From positions 60,574,001-60,638,000 of the forward strand of contig OZ260661.1 of the NCBI GenBank assembly GCA_965285935.1: DNA of 64,000 bases. Reading direction: 5' to 3'. Below are positions 1-12,927 of this stretch, in pieces. Origin of the DNA: Ophelia neglecta. Taxonomy: Eukaryota. The notes under the pieces are model-generated. The model worked only from the letters and a program-made list of their open reading frames with translations, did no database searches and had not been told where the DNA came from. The position numbers and the translations under genes were made by a program. The stretch's first letter is position 1. Each line of letters begins with the position of its first letter.

Positions 1-1781
1 AATGGTACACAGTGTCGCCATGATTTACCTTATTAAACATGGATCTGACCTGAGATGTGATTTTAGGAACCAACCTTTCAGAAAATAGCTCTCAAGTGTT
101 AGGTCTATGAGTAATTATAAACGACTAAGCAGAGTATCAATAGGTTATAATTTATATTTGAATCCTGAAGAATTAATGGACTGAAATGTCATTTATTCAA
201 TTCCTCAACTTGATTGTTAAAATCGACTACAATATTAACCGCACAGTCCTTGAATACTCCTGTGGACTAAGCCCATGGATGCCTCGAAGCTCTTTCAATA
301 AAACTCCAAGATATGTCTATCAAAACTGTAATTTGTTTGAATTGGGATAAATAAATAATTTTCATATAAAATGCAATGAGCGCTCAAAATTTCAAAATCA
401 ACCACTATATGTCTTCTCTACATGTTCCAAATTCCAAAAATGAGATATGCGTATTCTAGTCTCGCTGCCAGTGAACATATAAAGCAGAGATGTCGTCAGT
501 TTGTTTATTTAACATAAACCTAATCAGAGCTGACTTTGAACCGAGTCTATCAGCATGATCACAGGCAATAGTTAGAATACCGATAGCTCATCTCCACACT
601 CCCACTAAGTGCCTTATTTACAAACTATCAGCGGAGAAACTTTGTCACTCTTGTAGCATTTTGTAAACCAAGCTTGAATTCAAAGGCCCTTACCCTTCCC
701 CCTTATATTATACTTGTGAGTTAAATCAGAATAAAACACCTTCAGAATTCACAAAGATCCTATCGCGGCGATAAAAAAAGCGAACAAGTCACCCATTTGT
801 TATAGGTGTTATTAAGAAGCACATTCATTAAACTTTACCGCCAAAATTTATTAGTGTTTTAAGTCTTCTCTACCCGGCACTTTTCTATTAAGTCACCATA
901 AGATTCAAGGCTGTCTTCGGACGAGACGCATAAAAATTGCTCGCAGATGACACACGGGATATGATATGAGTAATACCACCGTGATTCATCAAACTCTGCC
1001 CAGAACTTCTGGCCTGTCCATCCTTGTCATAAGTCTTAAGTCTATATTTATCTCGCCAATGTAACACCGAAATTTGCCAACTAAATTTGACTGGAAGACA
1101 GTAGTTAATAAATAGGTAAAGTTCATCAACAAAACTTACAACTACTGTCTTTAAATGTAATATAAGTGTAGCTGGACAGGTGATGATTAAAGAAGGTACA
1201 CATTTAATTGTGTCGTGCGGCAGTCCTCTTAACACCATTGGGGCTCAACACCTTCGGCCATTTTGCAGGTAGAGAGTTGGTAAACTTAACTAGACTGCTA
1301 ATCGAGGGTCATTAAATACTCATTTCAAATCTCATTCAGAAATATGTATGTTGCCCTTGCTCAACAGCGTGCGCTAAGTATTTGTAGTAGTTAAACGTAG
1401 AGTGTCTGACCTTATGGGCAGGTTATCGTAACCCGAGCCTTGAACTAGTCAACACTTCATTTATGTTATTAATCATGGCAATTGATAAATTGTAAAAGGA
1501 CAACCCCTGCCCTTCTTGATCCTGGGTCCATTGAACGCCAGGAGCATAACCACTACATTTTCCCAGTTGTTAAGGCTGGTTTTGCTTTAAAAGTCATTTT
1601 TACGGAGCTTTTATTAAAAGATGCATCAAAGCTATCATGTCCGTGAAGTGTTGATATATGGGGTGATTGAGAGTAGAGCGATGAGGAGGGTGTAACCCGG
1701 AGTATTGCCGGGTCTGGAGGGGCACATTAAGCCGTGGCCGGGGGGACCCGGGCCAATCCATCATACCAACTAGACACTTAC
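1..1781 (-). other. Hox3 intron between the hexapeptide exon and the homeobox exon (partial; continues past the window start)
   Basis: Begins at donor CCAG|GTAAGT (GT at 1781-1780 on minus). No homeodomain-coding sequence (e.g. WFQNRR) was seen in 1-1780, so the homeobox exon lies outside the window. Confidence 0.85.
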
Positions 1782-2238
1782 CTGGCGAAGATGACAGTTG
1801 TCTCTGTTTGCCATTTTGACGGTTCTCCCTCATCCACGGGAAGATCTCCTGGGGAGGTTTCATATCAGGTGGTGGCTGAGAGGCATGTGGCTGGGAATTG
1901 TGTTGCTGGGCCCCGGGGGCTGGGCCTGGGCCCTGGGGCTGTACGATGATCGGACCCATACCTGGATTGTTTTCCATACAAGAGGTGGGTGGGTAAGGGT
2001 GATGGTTCAGCTGATAATCCATGGTGTCCGGGAAACCAGCAGATGGTCGGTTGTGGGGGTTGACAGGACCCGGTGGAGGGCCTTGCATGACACAGGACGG
2101 CCTGTAGTTATCCGGGGGTTGAGGTCCGGGCGCTTGGCCCATTCCGTACCCCATCTGGCCTTCATAACTATACCCATTGCAGTTAGGGTAATATCCCTGA
2201 TGATAAGAGTTATTGTGATCGTAGTATGGTTTCTGCAT
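1782..2238 (-). CDS. Hox3: Hox paralogy group 3 homeobox protein, first coding exon (152 codons + 1 nt, phase-1 intron)
   Basis: Translation begins MQKPYYD (Hox3-type MQKxxYYD N-terminus), continues through a Pro/Gln/Gly-rich region and reaches QEIFPWMRENRQNGKQR, matching the PG3 hexapeptide context IFPWMKESRQN. A consensus donor follows SSSP-G. An in-frame TGA two codons upstream fixes the ATG at 2238 as the start. The provided ORF 1600..2238 reads on into the intron. Confidence 0.93.
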
Positions 2239-2260
2239 CTCTCAATTGGTAAATTTTATT

Positions 2261-2299
2261 TCACTCTGACAAGTTTCTGACAGGGGCTAACATTAACAT
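2261..2299 (-). other. Upstream ORF (MLMLAPVRNLSE*) in the Hox3 5'UTR
   Basis: ATG TTA ATG TTA GCC CCT GTC AGA AAC TTG TCA GAG TGA, ending 22 nt before the Hox3 ATG. The ORF is read directly; whether it is translated is unknown. Confidence 0.5.
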
Positions 2300-2302
2300 C
2301 AC

Positions 2303-2339
2303 TTTATGACGACCACGTGCTCCACTCTCGTCCAATCAG
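2303..2339. promoter_or_regulatory. ATG-proximal module: TTTATGAC (Cdx/Hox), CACGTG E-box and CCAATCAG (NF-Y)
   Basis: TTTATGAC 2303-2310, CACGTG 2314-2319 and CCAATCAG 2332-2339, all within 40 bp and 65-100 nt from the start codon. Two CTGACA (TALE-type) sites lie between this module and the ATG. Confidence 0.5.
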
Positions 2340-4002
2340 GAGGCGTCCCGCAATTTACTGCGTTCACTGGGTGCTGAAAAATAAAAAAGCAAGAAATCAC
2401 TCAATGGGCTACTATGCGAGGCGATCCATTACTGTAGCCTGGAAATAAATCATTCTGGATGAGATAACAAGGCGACGGGGGAGCGATTTGCAAGGGACAT
2501 TAGCCTACATTTGGTCGTATAGGCATGAAAGAGTCAATGGGAACTTGTTTAGTGTGGAGCAAGTGCCGGTTTGGAACGGTTTCAAATCACTGCCAGGCCA
2601 TAACGATGCCAATACGGATATTGAAGTGGGGTGGACGATAATATAGCAACAAGAACAATAGTGGATTAACTCCTCTGATCTAGGGGATTTAGCTGGTTGG
2701 AGATAAATCCTTAGCTAGCGGACGTAATCCAGGTGAGATGACCAAACATGTAGCGGTAATTAATTTCTGAATGACATTTAAGCAGGGTCATGGAGGTTGA
2801 TCAGTTGAATTCAGTAGCTAACGTGTTATGAAGGTCACTATTATACGAATTGAGTTTTTCCTTTCCATTCGTATCATAAACATTATATTGTAAAGCATTC
2901 GACCAGAGCAAGTAATATAAAGTTGTAAATAACCTGACCATATAAACCACCATATAACCATGTCTTTATAATAACTGGTGTGGAATCAGACACTCTGTTG
3001 ACTAGTTTCGGCCACCATTGATTATTTTATCAGCAGATATCTAAATAGTTGGGTGACATTCCTCGACTATACTTTTTCATAACATAAAATATCAGGCCGT
3101 CCGTAAAGGTCATCAAATATCAGGCACAACAAATGCTTTACAAGAACCCCATAAGAAATATCGTCTGCTCGTTCAACAAACCGGGGTTAGTATAAGTTTA
3201 GTATACAAACATAGCGGGTAAGTGATACACTGATGTGTGTTTGTTCAATCTGTTAGACATTCACTGCGAAGTCTGCCCCCATACCCTAACCAAATAGCCG
3301 AGTGGAGCCCGTATGTTTGAAGGTGGGGACCTGCAAACCTAACCACGGCCATTTAATGTCAGATAATGTTTGATCCCATCTATAAAACCCTACTCATCCC
3401 CAGTTTAACGCTGTATAATGGGCAATTGAATGAATAGATAGACTGTAGGACCCAAATATTGACGTAAAAATACTGCTTGATTCGGAAGTGCAAAGAATCG
3501 CATGTATGCATCACTCGAGCTCACTCGGATAAATCAGATCTGACAAGTCGATTCTAACATACACAGTCCTGTTGGTGCCATCTCCTCAGCAATGGCATTG
3601 ACATGGCGAATCTTATAATTATTACAGGTCTGAATGAATCTTCCCATTATACTTTAGTTTCATTGTTATAATTTCATCATTCTCAGTTATAATACCAGTT
3701 GTTTCATTGAAATTCATGTCATTTTACTATCCACAGTGCATTCAGTTGAATTTTGTAACACTTGCACTTTGGAATATACAAAAAGTGTGACACCATTCAA
3801 CCTAGTCCCTTTGTACAGGGTTTGAACGTAAAATTTATTCTAACTTTCTCACACATTTTAACAAACGCTGTTATGGAAGCAGACTGTCCAGGCCTTAGGC
3901 TAGGCAAGGCAATGCCACCCCTTTGTCTACTTTAAAGAGAGTCACAGGGGTAAGGTCTTATTAGCCAGGATCTTTTTATAATTTATTCTATTCATTGTTT
4001 AA

Positions 4003-4118
4003 AATTTGGGCAGGTAGGCGTTTCACTGTGAATATTTTCAAAACAATGTAATATGTACAATTGGGCACCTAGGCGTTACACTGGGAACAATTTTAAAACA
4101 ATGTGATATTTACAATTT
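4003..4118. repeat. Degenerate 55-bp tandem duplication (2 copies)
   Basis: TTGGGCAGGTAGGCGTTTCACTGTGAATATTTTCAAAACAATGTAATATGTACAA (from 4006) versus TTGGGCACCTAGGCGTTACACTGGGAACAATTTTAAAACAATGTGATATTTACAA (from 4061). Confidence 0.85.
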
Positions 4119-7100
4119 GAGAGTCAGATCTTCAAAATAATGGTTATAGGCCTATTACTATCTATTTTTCACAAATAACTGAGGGGCCGCTTAGGAGAAA
4201 CACACTAGGAGAAATACTTCTTGCAATATTTAAAGCCGTGCTAAATGGATAGAAAATACAAAAAGATGTGCTACCGCCGAGATGTACATGCTCGAGAGCC
4301 AACATTAATTTTATTATTTTTGATCAATCAGTGTTCCAAATTTACAGTTCGAGACCTCTATGTATGTCTACGATTCAGCTGTTTGGCCAGACTTCAAGTG
4401 ATATAAATGACGATAAAATATATGATTGAAATTATCAAGGGCCACGAAAAAAACTCTAAATGTCGATCCAAATATGCAAACTATACATAATCAAAAAACA
4501 ACAACTTCTTAATATGTTTAGAACCAAGCAAAGTTCAGCTGTACAAAACACTCCTAGGCAGTTCAATACTCTACCGAGTGTCAATGCTGCCATTTTGGCA
4601 TTAATAACTGACAGAAGTGTATATCGCCATAAAAATATGGAACAAAAGTGTTTAAGCTGTTGACATGGGTATTAGACAGATTTGAAACAATCTTTCAATG
4701 CGAACTATGGCTGAATCTGTGTAAATAACACTAAGATAACATACTCTAGTGTACAGTGCATGACAAGACACTGTATATTACTTTCATAAATACTCTCTGC
4801 CGTTCAGGCCCTGGTTGGGGATTCCTACCTTATGATATGCCCAAGTCATCCACCTTTTTCTAAGATATCTTGTCTATAAAGCGCGTAAATTTTGTAGTTT
4901 TTTAATTCTGAAATTTAGCTTAGCATTCTCGTTCCCTTCAAATGGTGTGGCCAATGCATGCGCAAGACATAAACTAGACTAATGTCTAATTGTATGATGG
5001 GAATTAATCGAAATAAGATAGCAGTTTTCACTTTTATATAATCTAAGCCAACTTAAATGGCCGAAAAATTTACTGAAAATGTTATTACATTACACACGGA
5101 GCAGACTTGTTACCTGTCATAGACTGAATATCAAAATACCTGGCGTCTGTTTATATAGGCTATATGTATGCGTGCAGATTATGCTTACCCGTGTGACTAG
5201 AATCCAAATATTTAAGCCAAATATGTTTTTACTAAATCAGGGATGGCGCCCGCCCTCGTCCTACATTCTATATTATTAACAATTTTACATAACCAATGTC
5301 GTCTGGAATTCATTTAGCGAGCATTAGAGTCCATGCAATATAAAACTATAAATCGACAGTTGACACGAACATGATAAATAATGGTAAACTGTCTTACCGT
5401 CCCAGCTATAGTAAATGTGTCAAGCGATCATGGATTTCCTTTCTGTGACAACTACACATCTCATACAAAGTCCAGAGATGGGGTCGTTTAACCGTTCTAC
5501 ATACCCAATATCTCAATAAAATCAACACCGTCCAGCTAAATGACCACAAACGTATGCCACTTCATAATTCATTCGACAGAGGCCTATATTCAAGCATGTA
5601 CATACAATTGCCAGCCCTAGGGTGCAGTGGGAAATACGCGCCAGTAAAACGTGGTAATTTCTAAAACACACTAGCAGTTTGTAAAATCTATTATTCAAGC
5701 CGATGATTGGCACATCATATGGATCATTTGAATTAATAATATCCCAGCGCACATGTAGTCATTTTAACAACAAAAAAGCTTCACTAAATCGATAGAGAAT
5801 GTTAAAACTTGCACTACAGCAATAAAATGCCATCTCTTCACTGAACGGAAGCTTATTATTTTTAGTGTACACATTATGCATTTCTGAGAGTTGTATTGTG
5901 AACATATAATTATATACAGGCGAGTGACATATCTGACTGGCAGTTTTGACAACTTAAAAGCCGTGTTATTTGTACTAAAGACACTCTAATATCTAGCATG
6001 TGCTGTCAAATAAAAATTAACTCAAAAATCTGAATAGAACGGAAACTGCGCTAGAAACACGATCAGCTGTCATTGGTTCATTGAAAAATCCTATCTTTAG
6101 ACAATGCATGCATTACGACCCAGGACAGTGCACAGTCGGAGCTCCAGCTTTGATATCAATTCCAATTGCAGATCGATATATAGCCAAATGGACTGATTAA
6201 TTTTCGATGGGAATAGTAGGCCTAAGACTGGGTTATACATATAACAACTAATGCGTGTGTCATGTTCAAACTAAAGCTGGTCAGTTAACATGGAATCCCC
6301 ATTATGCCGAAAGGTCAATTTGTGACAATGCGTTTTCTATCGTAAAGTATTATTAGCGCAATTGTTTTCCTGGGTCATAACTCTAATACATTATTTATAA
6401 CTATATCAATGGATTTGTAAAATGACTAGGATAAAATCCATCGAATATAAATCTGGAGTTCTAAGTGTGAATATTTCTTAAGTGGGACACCCTTCGGATG
6501 TTATTAAGCATTCCATTTGCAATGAGTTATCATCCTGATAAAGCTTTAGTCGGGATTTAGCACGGCCAAGGCAGGCCTAAGTACATGTAGCAAGAAACTA
6601 AAATTCTGTACAATTAAGAGATGGCTTCTCTTGGTGCTCATTCCCCGGAGGTCCAATTATAACAAGTATGGAAGAGGAAAATGGGATTGAATTTGGCATT
6701 GAGTTGCTTGTATGAGAAGTTTCATTTCATTTAGTCCAAGTCATAAGCCAGATTAGTTAGTCACAAAGACGGGGATTCGAAATCCCGGCTTTTGCATGCA
6801 AGTAGGTTTAACGCTGTCAGAATTTGACTAAGACACTTGTCATTTTTGTGAAGAGCTTATACCGATCGACGAATTGATATTTTAATTATTTTGTACAAGA
6901 TACCACAACGGATGTAAATCAGACATCTGCAAACTAGGCCAAGCTCGAGACCTCAGTGCTGAGAAACATTATGACATGAATATAGGTCCAATTCACCGTG
7001 AAAACTAATTTATTTATTCCTAAACGAAAACGATTTGTTTTATTTACAAATTTAAAATAGATACTTTACAAGTTGAAAGGGGCATAATATAAAAAAATTC

Positions 7101-10100
7101 TCTTATTATCCTCTTGATGACTATTTACTTTCTTATATTATATCAATATGTCAATTTTCTTAACACATAGGCCTATATGTTCCTACATAAAAGACAGATG
7201 TAGCTCTTCACGCGTCAATCAGTCTTTCTAGCGTCAAGCTAATATGTCAGTATATATGGTCGCTGGCTAAACAAACGAAATAATTCTCGAACCATGGTTT
7301 GTGATTGTAAACTGGTGTCAAGATGACTCTCCAAAGGAAGTAGATATAAAAGTATTTATTAGGGACTGGCCATGCCTTGAAATATTGGAGCAATAAAACT
7401 GCCTCTCGCCTTTGTGCGTCAAAATGATGAGTAGAATTTGATTGCCCGCACGGCCATTTTGTATTCGGGTCGCAGCGGGACTGAGAGATATCTAGAGGAA
7501 ATAAAACCACCATTCTTCTATCAATTTAACGAACTTCCTCCCAATCAGGATGGTTGAATGTCAGATTTCAAATGTAACTGTTCAGATGTCATCGTTTATA
7601 AGCCTACTTCATACTGGTGAAGCAAATTTTCCGTTTCTATTCGTCCATATGACGGTATAATATACCGGTTCAAAATGGCGGCAACCTTTGACTGTCGGTT
7701 AAAATGCCATTATTCAGTCATAATTCTCGATAAATAACTCAATTTTATGTCACAAATAGGTACATTACTATCTTCGTATTGCAGGTCTTGAAGATGGAAT
7801 AGCTGATATTACTGATACGAGGAGGAAATGACCGGATACAAATGTAAACAACACTCCAGAAAGAAGCAAACCAGAAAAAAAGGACGAAAGTTGCTGAAAT
7901 TTGTGTAAAAATCTAAGAGCGTCCTAATTCCAAATATGTCTGGAGTGGAAAGATAAGCTTGTCGACTGTCGTTCACATTTCTGAGGAGTGTGTAATTTTA
8001 TCAGATACGGAGAATTTCGTTTATTTCAACTAGCACCTTAAACACGGGCCGCCATATTGGAAAGCGAGCATAGGCCGTAGCCTTCACACATAGTAAAATG
8101 CTTTCAGCAACGTAGTAGAACAAGATTGATTTATCGTTTGATTCTGGCTCTTTGCCCCGTAGTTACAGCCGTTTGCTGCTGAACTGTTTTCTCCGATGAA
8201 ATGCAACTATAAACATTATTGCCACAATGACTATTTAATTGTCAATTACTCGCTCAGTAAGCACAGTCGCCACGATTCTAGTTTATCACTATTGCTCCAC
8301 ATGCACGTAGCCTATAGTCGGCCATTATTTATGTCATGTGATCGCTAGTTTATGCGACAAAACATTGCTCAGAAATCTAAACAACATTTTATAACCATGT
8401 ATTATGATTTCACGCATGAGTCTGGTAATAAAATATTAAATGAACACGAGCTGTGGTCGGTTTTTCGTTAATGTGTGCATTGGAAGCTGGTGCGGGACAA
8501 TGAATGGGCAGAGAGACGTGGGAGTCGGCACAGGCCTGATTTGTGTACGATGTCTTACTAGAGGTCAGCGAGGGGCCAGGGGTAGCTGCGTTCAAACAAA
8601 TCAATCGCGAGCGCCCCTCTCAATGGGAATGTTACATGACATCGGCTTGTACTGTATAAAACCTCCATGGCACTGATGTTCTATACACTCACAAACAGCA
8701 ATAAACTCCTTTTTATACAGAATGAGTCGTTCTAGACCTAGTAGAGGAGTGAATTTGATCAATTAGCCTGGAAGCGTTGTTAAGCACGCCCGTAGCAGTC
8801 GCCATTTTATTATCCAACACGTTTCGAAAACTGCACAAAACCAACAGCAAATTGATATGAATGCGAGGCAAATTTCACTGGGGCTGTAAAATGAATGTAG
8901 TATTAATACCGCCGGGCGAACAGCCTTTCTTCTGGGAATTTAAATCAGCCAGGGATAATTTAATATATACTTATTGTCGACGAAATGACGGTAATTCCTT
9001 TAAAATAATACGGATTGGCCAGGCCTCTCTATATATATTATTTAAACAAAGTTTAGGCCAATTTATATAGTGAATATCAGATAGGGTTATAGGCCTACGG
9101 GCTTGTAGATTTAGAAATTTCATGAGTCAGTTTCATGCATATCATAAAACAATTATGCCTATCGGAGATATTTCGAGTAGCATACATTTTATTTATTTAT
9201 TTATAACATATTTTTATCAAGTAAAACTCATGTCGGGACATTAACTCCCTCCAGGGATCTAAACAGAAAGAAAACAATGCATAACTGTATAAGATCCACC
9301 TATATGCATAATATAAAGTTAACCTTAACTTTCATCTACCTATAATTACAGGCCATTTTTTGTTGTGGCCAAAGGTCAAGTATGATAACCAAATCAAATG
9401 TTAGTAACTAAGCAGATAAATTAACTTTCAACTTAGTAATAAGATTCGAGCAGAACTGAATTTAATTCCTTTGATCAAACCGAGCCCTATAAACCTACAC
9501 ACAAGTTCATATTTAAATGATTATAATATCGATAATTGTGGACGACTAAATAATTGACTGGAACAATGATCGTCCGAAGTAGCGTGATAGTTCGATCGAT
9601 AGCTTATTAGCGGGGCATGTCACGTTTGGGACGAGCTTCCCTGGACAAGGGCTGGTAAAGTTAGTTAATTACCAGATCTCTAAGTCAGCCCGGATTCGTT
9701 TGACGAGCAGACGACACTGCCAGCGGATGAAGTTGATACGAACTTGACACACTTCTTCTCTTTGTTGTAACACATGAAATATGCATGGCGATATTTGTGA
9801 CAGGTAGAACACCCCGGTGGGTGAAGTTGAAATTGACCAGGTTGGCTAATAATATCTTTATTATTGACACAGCACACAGCCTGGGGACTACAGGGGACGA
9901 GAATATGATTTTATCCGACGCTCTTTCCGACTTGTCCCGTCAGATTTAGAGACAACACAAATGCAGTAATTGACATGCTACAAAACCCACGCAACTCTGC
10001 GGACTACTGTCGGCGAGCTGAACATGTAATTTTTATGATTAAGAAAATCAGGCTAGTTTATAGCGTCGTGTAGTTTGCAGTTTCATCCCTGACGTTTCTG

Positions 10101-11299
10101 GCCGGGGTCGGCAAGGTGAGGCCGCTACAGAGAAAGCTGCAGGCAAGAAACTAACTGACAAGTCGACAGACGGCAGAACGGTGGAAAACTTGGTAAGGAA
10201 GCAGAGCTAAGAGGAAAACTACCCTCAGAAGTAGACAGCAAAAAGTGTACTTATGACAGTCTGATTTCCTCAATTATCTTGTCAAGCTGCGAATGGTAGC
10301 AATATTACAGGCTTGTTCTTGGTTACCTCGGGACACACCGGGGATATTTTAATTATGCACTGCCAAAATAGAAACAGAGTCTTGTTATCTGACAGAGGAA
10401 AGTCGTGCCAGGCACAGAATTTTTGAATATTTGATCCATATGAGTGGTAAAAAAAGCAGACGAGAATTATCATACAGCGTCGTGCGCCCTGTCGAGCCCG
10501 CAGACATCTTGTCAATATTAGTACAGCGTTTTGTTTTAGACGGAGTCTCTGCCCTGAATTAAAATGTGCTGTTTACCAGTGTTACACCTCTGCACTGAAC
10601 ATCCATGCTATCTTTATTTTCAGTGCTGACACCTGCATTTTCCAGCTATACACTTTTTCCCCGCTTTCGACCGTAGCAGAAAAATAATTCAATATAAATA
10701 AATGATAATCCAGTGAGGTGTAGGTATAAATTATCCACACAAAGCAAATCATGAAATTAAGATTTATGACAGATTTTTGTAGTTTTCCCATGCAGATAAA
10801 GGAGGACCCGGCCTAGTGTCGTTTGTTTGATTGGCTGGATACACTATACACGGCTATCTGAGAGCTGTCAACCAGCGAAATCCGAGTCGATAAAACCAGA
10901 TAGGTCAGATGTCTAAAATCGCCAGGCGAGCATGTTCTTGTTTATTCCCATCCAGTTTTGTTTACAACGGAGCTTGAATCTAATATAATTTCACAAACAA
11001 AGTCCAAGCATCTGTTAGCAGCTGTGTGCGAGATTTAGTTTTCTAACTTCTGAGAAAGTCGTAGTCGATACTGGGAACTTTAGAGGCTAAGCTAACTCAT
11101 GGCGGGATATCGAGATTGACATAAGATGCACTTTTCAAAGTTCAGTAAAACCAAATAACCAATGGCCTCCGGGGGTTGTCTGTATTTTTCCCTGCATATC
11201 CAGAGATGAGTTTCTTTTCTTTTGACTGATGTCATGCAAAAATTCTATCAAGTTGCCGCACTTTTTGTTTGGCTTTGCGGTATGAAATGATATGGAGGA

Positions 11300-11490
11300 T
11301 TGACGGGTGGGACTGGTTTCCCGGGGAGCCTGAGATTGACATGTTGGCTGTGAAGGCGAGGGCCCCGGCGGGAGGGGAGGCCAGATGCGGCGAGGTGTTC
11401 CGCACCAGGGACATGGCCCTTCGAGAGGGCAGTCCAACACCTCCGCCCGTAACCCGACTCTCGCCCAGCCCCCTCGGGCATTCTTCACCC
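11300..11490. promoter_or_regulatory. GC/CpG-rich island with Sp/KLF GC box; candidate promoter or enhancer
   Basis: Abrupt GC-rich segment in an AT-rich background with many CpGs. CCTCCGCCC at 11440-11448. The overlapping ORFs on both strands show no protein-like signature. Confidence 0.35.
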
Positions 11491-12916
11491 ACTTTTAATG
11501 AGTACACGCTCCTCTCTGCTCTCATTCTACCTTCCGAGTCTGAGAAACGCTCACATTTCTATATCTCTGGTCTAGACACTAGTGTAACTTGATTTTAGTT
11601 GGCCTCTGATTCAAAGCATTTGCAGACAACATTTTACTCAGATATGTTTCCAATTATTGTATCTGTGACCAGATCATTTCGAGTTACGGGATGGTCCCGT
11701 TTCTGTTCTCTGGTGCACATGTTGATCCCCATAGATATAGGAACTTGGAGTCTGACAACTGAAACCTCCAAGCGTGTTTCCAACAGCTGGAATAACGAAT
11801 TCAAACCCCGAGAAGATATCACTGAATTCGGTGGCCCTTGAAAAACACCAACACACTCAGTTGTTGGTGGTTAGTAACTACCAGATCCATCCCACAAGGC
11901 ATCTATACCAATCCTACCTACCAGAGACGGATTAATATCATTACAAGACACATCTGTAAGGCTTTGAGCAATGCCCCATTTCTTGAGTCAATATTATACT
12001 CTGGCCAGGATGGATACATAATATGCTTAACTTCCAAAGCTTTTCAACACCTATGTTTCGTATCAAAACTTTGCGGGATTTCGATGGATAGAACCTGCCA
12101 ATCAAGAATGCAGCGTGACACTTTACAATTTGCTTAAGCTAACCCCGAAGTCGATTGGGCCAATATATTTCCATTTTTACATTATTTGACAATGCAGGCG
12201 AGTAGGCCAAGATATTTTATCAGGGAGAGGTGAGAAAATCACAACAATGCCGATTAAAACAAATTTAGTCCATTTTGTAGAAAACAACGAAAAATTAAGT
12301 TACAGAGTTTGTTTATAGTATGATGTGAGCCTTGTTAAGTTTATAGCAACATGCCCAATTCTTGCACACCGAATTCTTAATTCATTTGAATCGGACAATC
12401 TGCACGTATGAACTTGTCAGCCAGTAACAGTTTTTCATTAAAATATGCATGAATAATTATATGAATGGTTGTACTCTCAACAACACAATGCTTTGTTGTG
12501 AAAAGGTTGCAATTGGCTGCTTAAGCAAACCTAATAAAACCAGTGTAGCCACTGTTTCTGATCTACCACAAAGGTGTGAATTGGAAAATGATCATTGTGG
12601 TGTGTGTACATATCAATGTCTCGCCGGCCACTTCCCAGCGTTTTACGATCCTGGTCTGACATAATCGGTAACTTTATGGGCTTGGCGCAAGTTATGTCAT
12701 ATTTGAGTGCAAAAGGCCAAAATAGTAATATTCTGATTGACATACTAACAATATAGTCTTTGTGAGTATACATTAATTGAACACGAAATTAAAACTAGCG
12801 TAAAGAGAAGGTTTTTTTGGGTTAATCATAGGTAAAACTACCAAGAATAAATTTTAAGACAAGATACCTCGTGGGTGGTTTTTCACATTTTCGATGGAAC
12901 TTCAGAGTCGACACAA

Positions 12917-12927
12917 TGATGGATGGG
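12917..12927 (+). promoter_or_regulatory. Pbx/Hox (PG1/anterior-type) bipartite site TGATGGATGGG
   Basis: Exact match to the TGATGGATGG Pbx-Hox1 element class (Hoxb1 autoregulatory repeat type). Confidence 0.35.

Larger units (their letters stand above)
2239..2395 (-). other. 5'UTR portion of the Hox3 ATG exon (2239-2373) and its splice acceptor (2374-2395)
   Basis: Minus strand reads TTCTTGCTTTTTTATTTTTCAG|CACCCAG, a long pyrimidine tract plus CAG 135 nt upstream of the ATG. Confidence 0.7.

Noticed and set aside
1600-1781. C-terminal 60 aa of the provided 212-aa ORF
   Set aside because: Read-through into the intron after the consensus donor at 1781; the sequence loses Hox-like character.
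1798-2280. 160-aa plus-strand ORF (and 1734..1949)
   Set aside because: Antisense shadow of the GC-rich Hox3 exon; no independent protein signature.
11135-11592. Four overlapping ORFs of 77-117 aa
   Set aside because: Explained by local GC richness; no recognisable domain.
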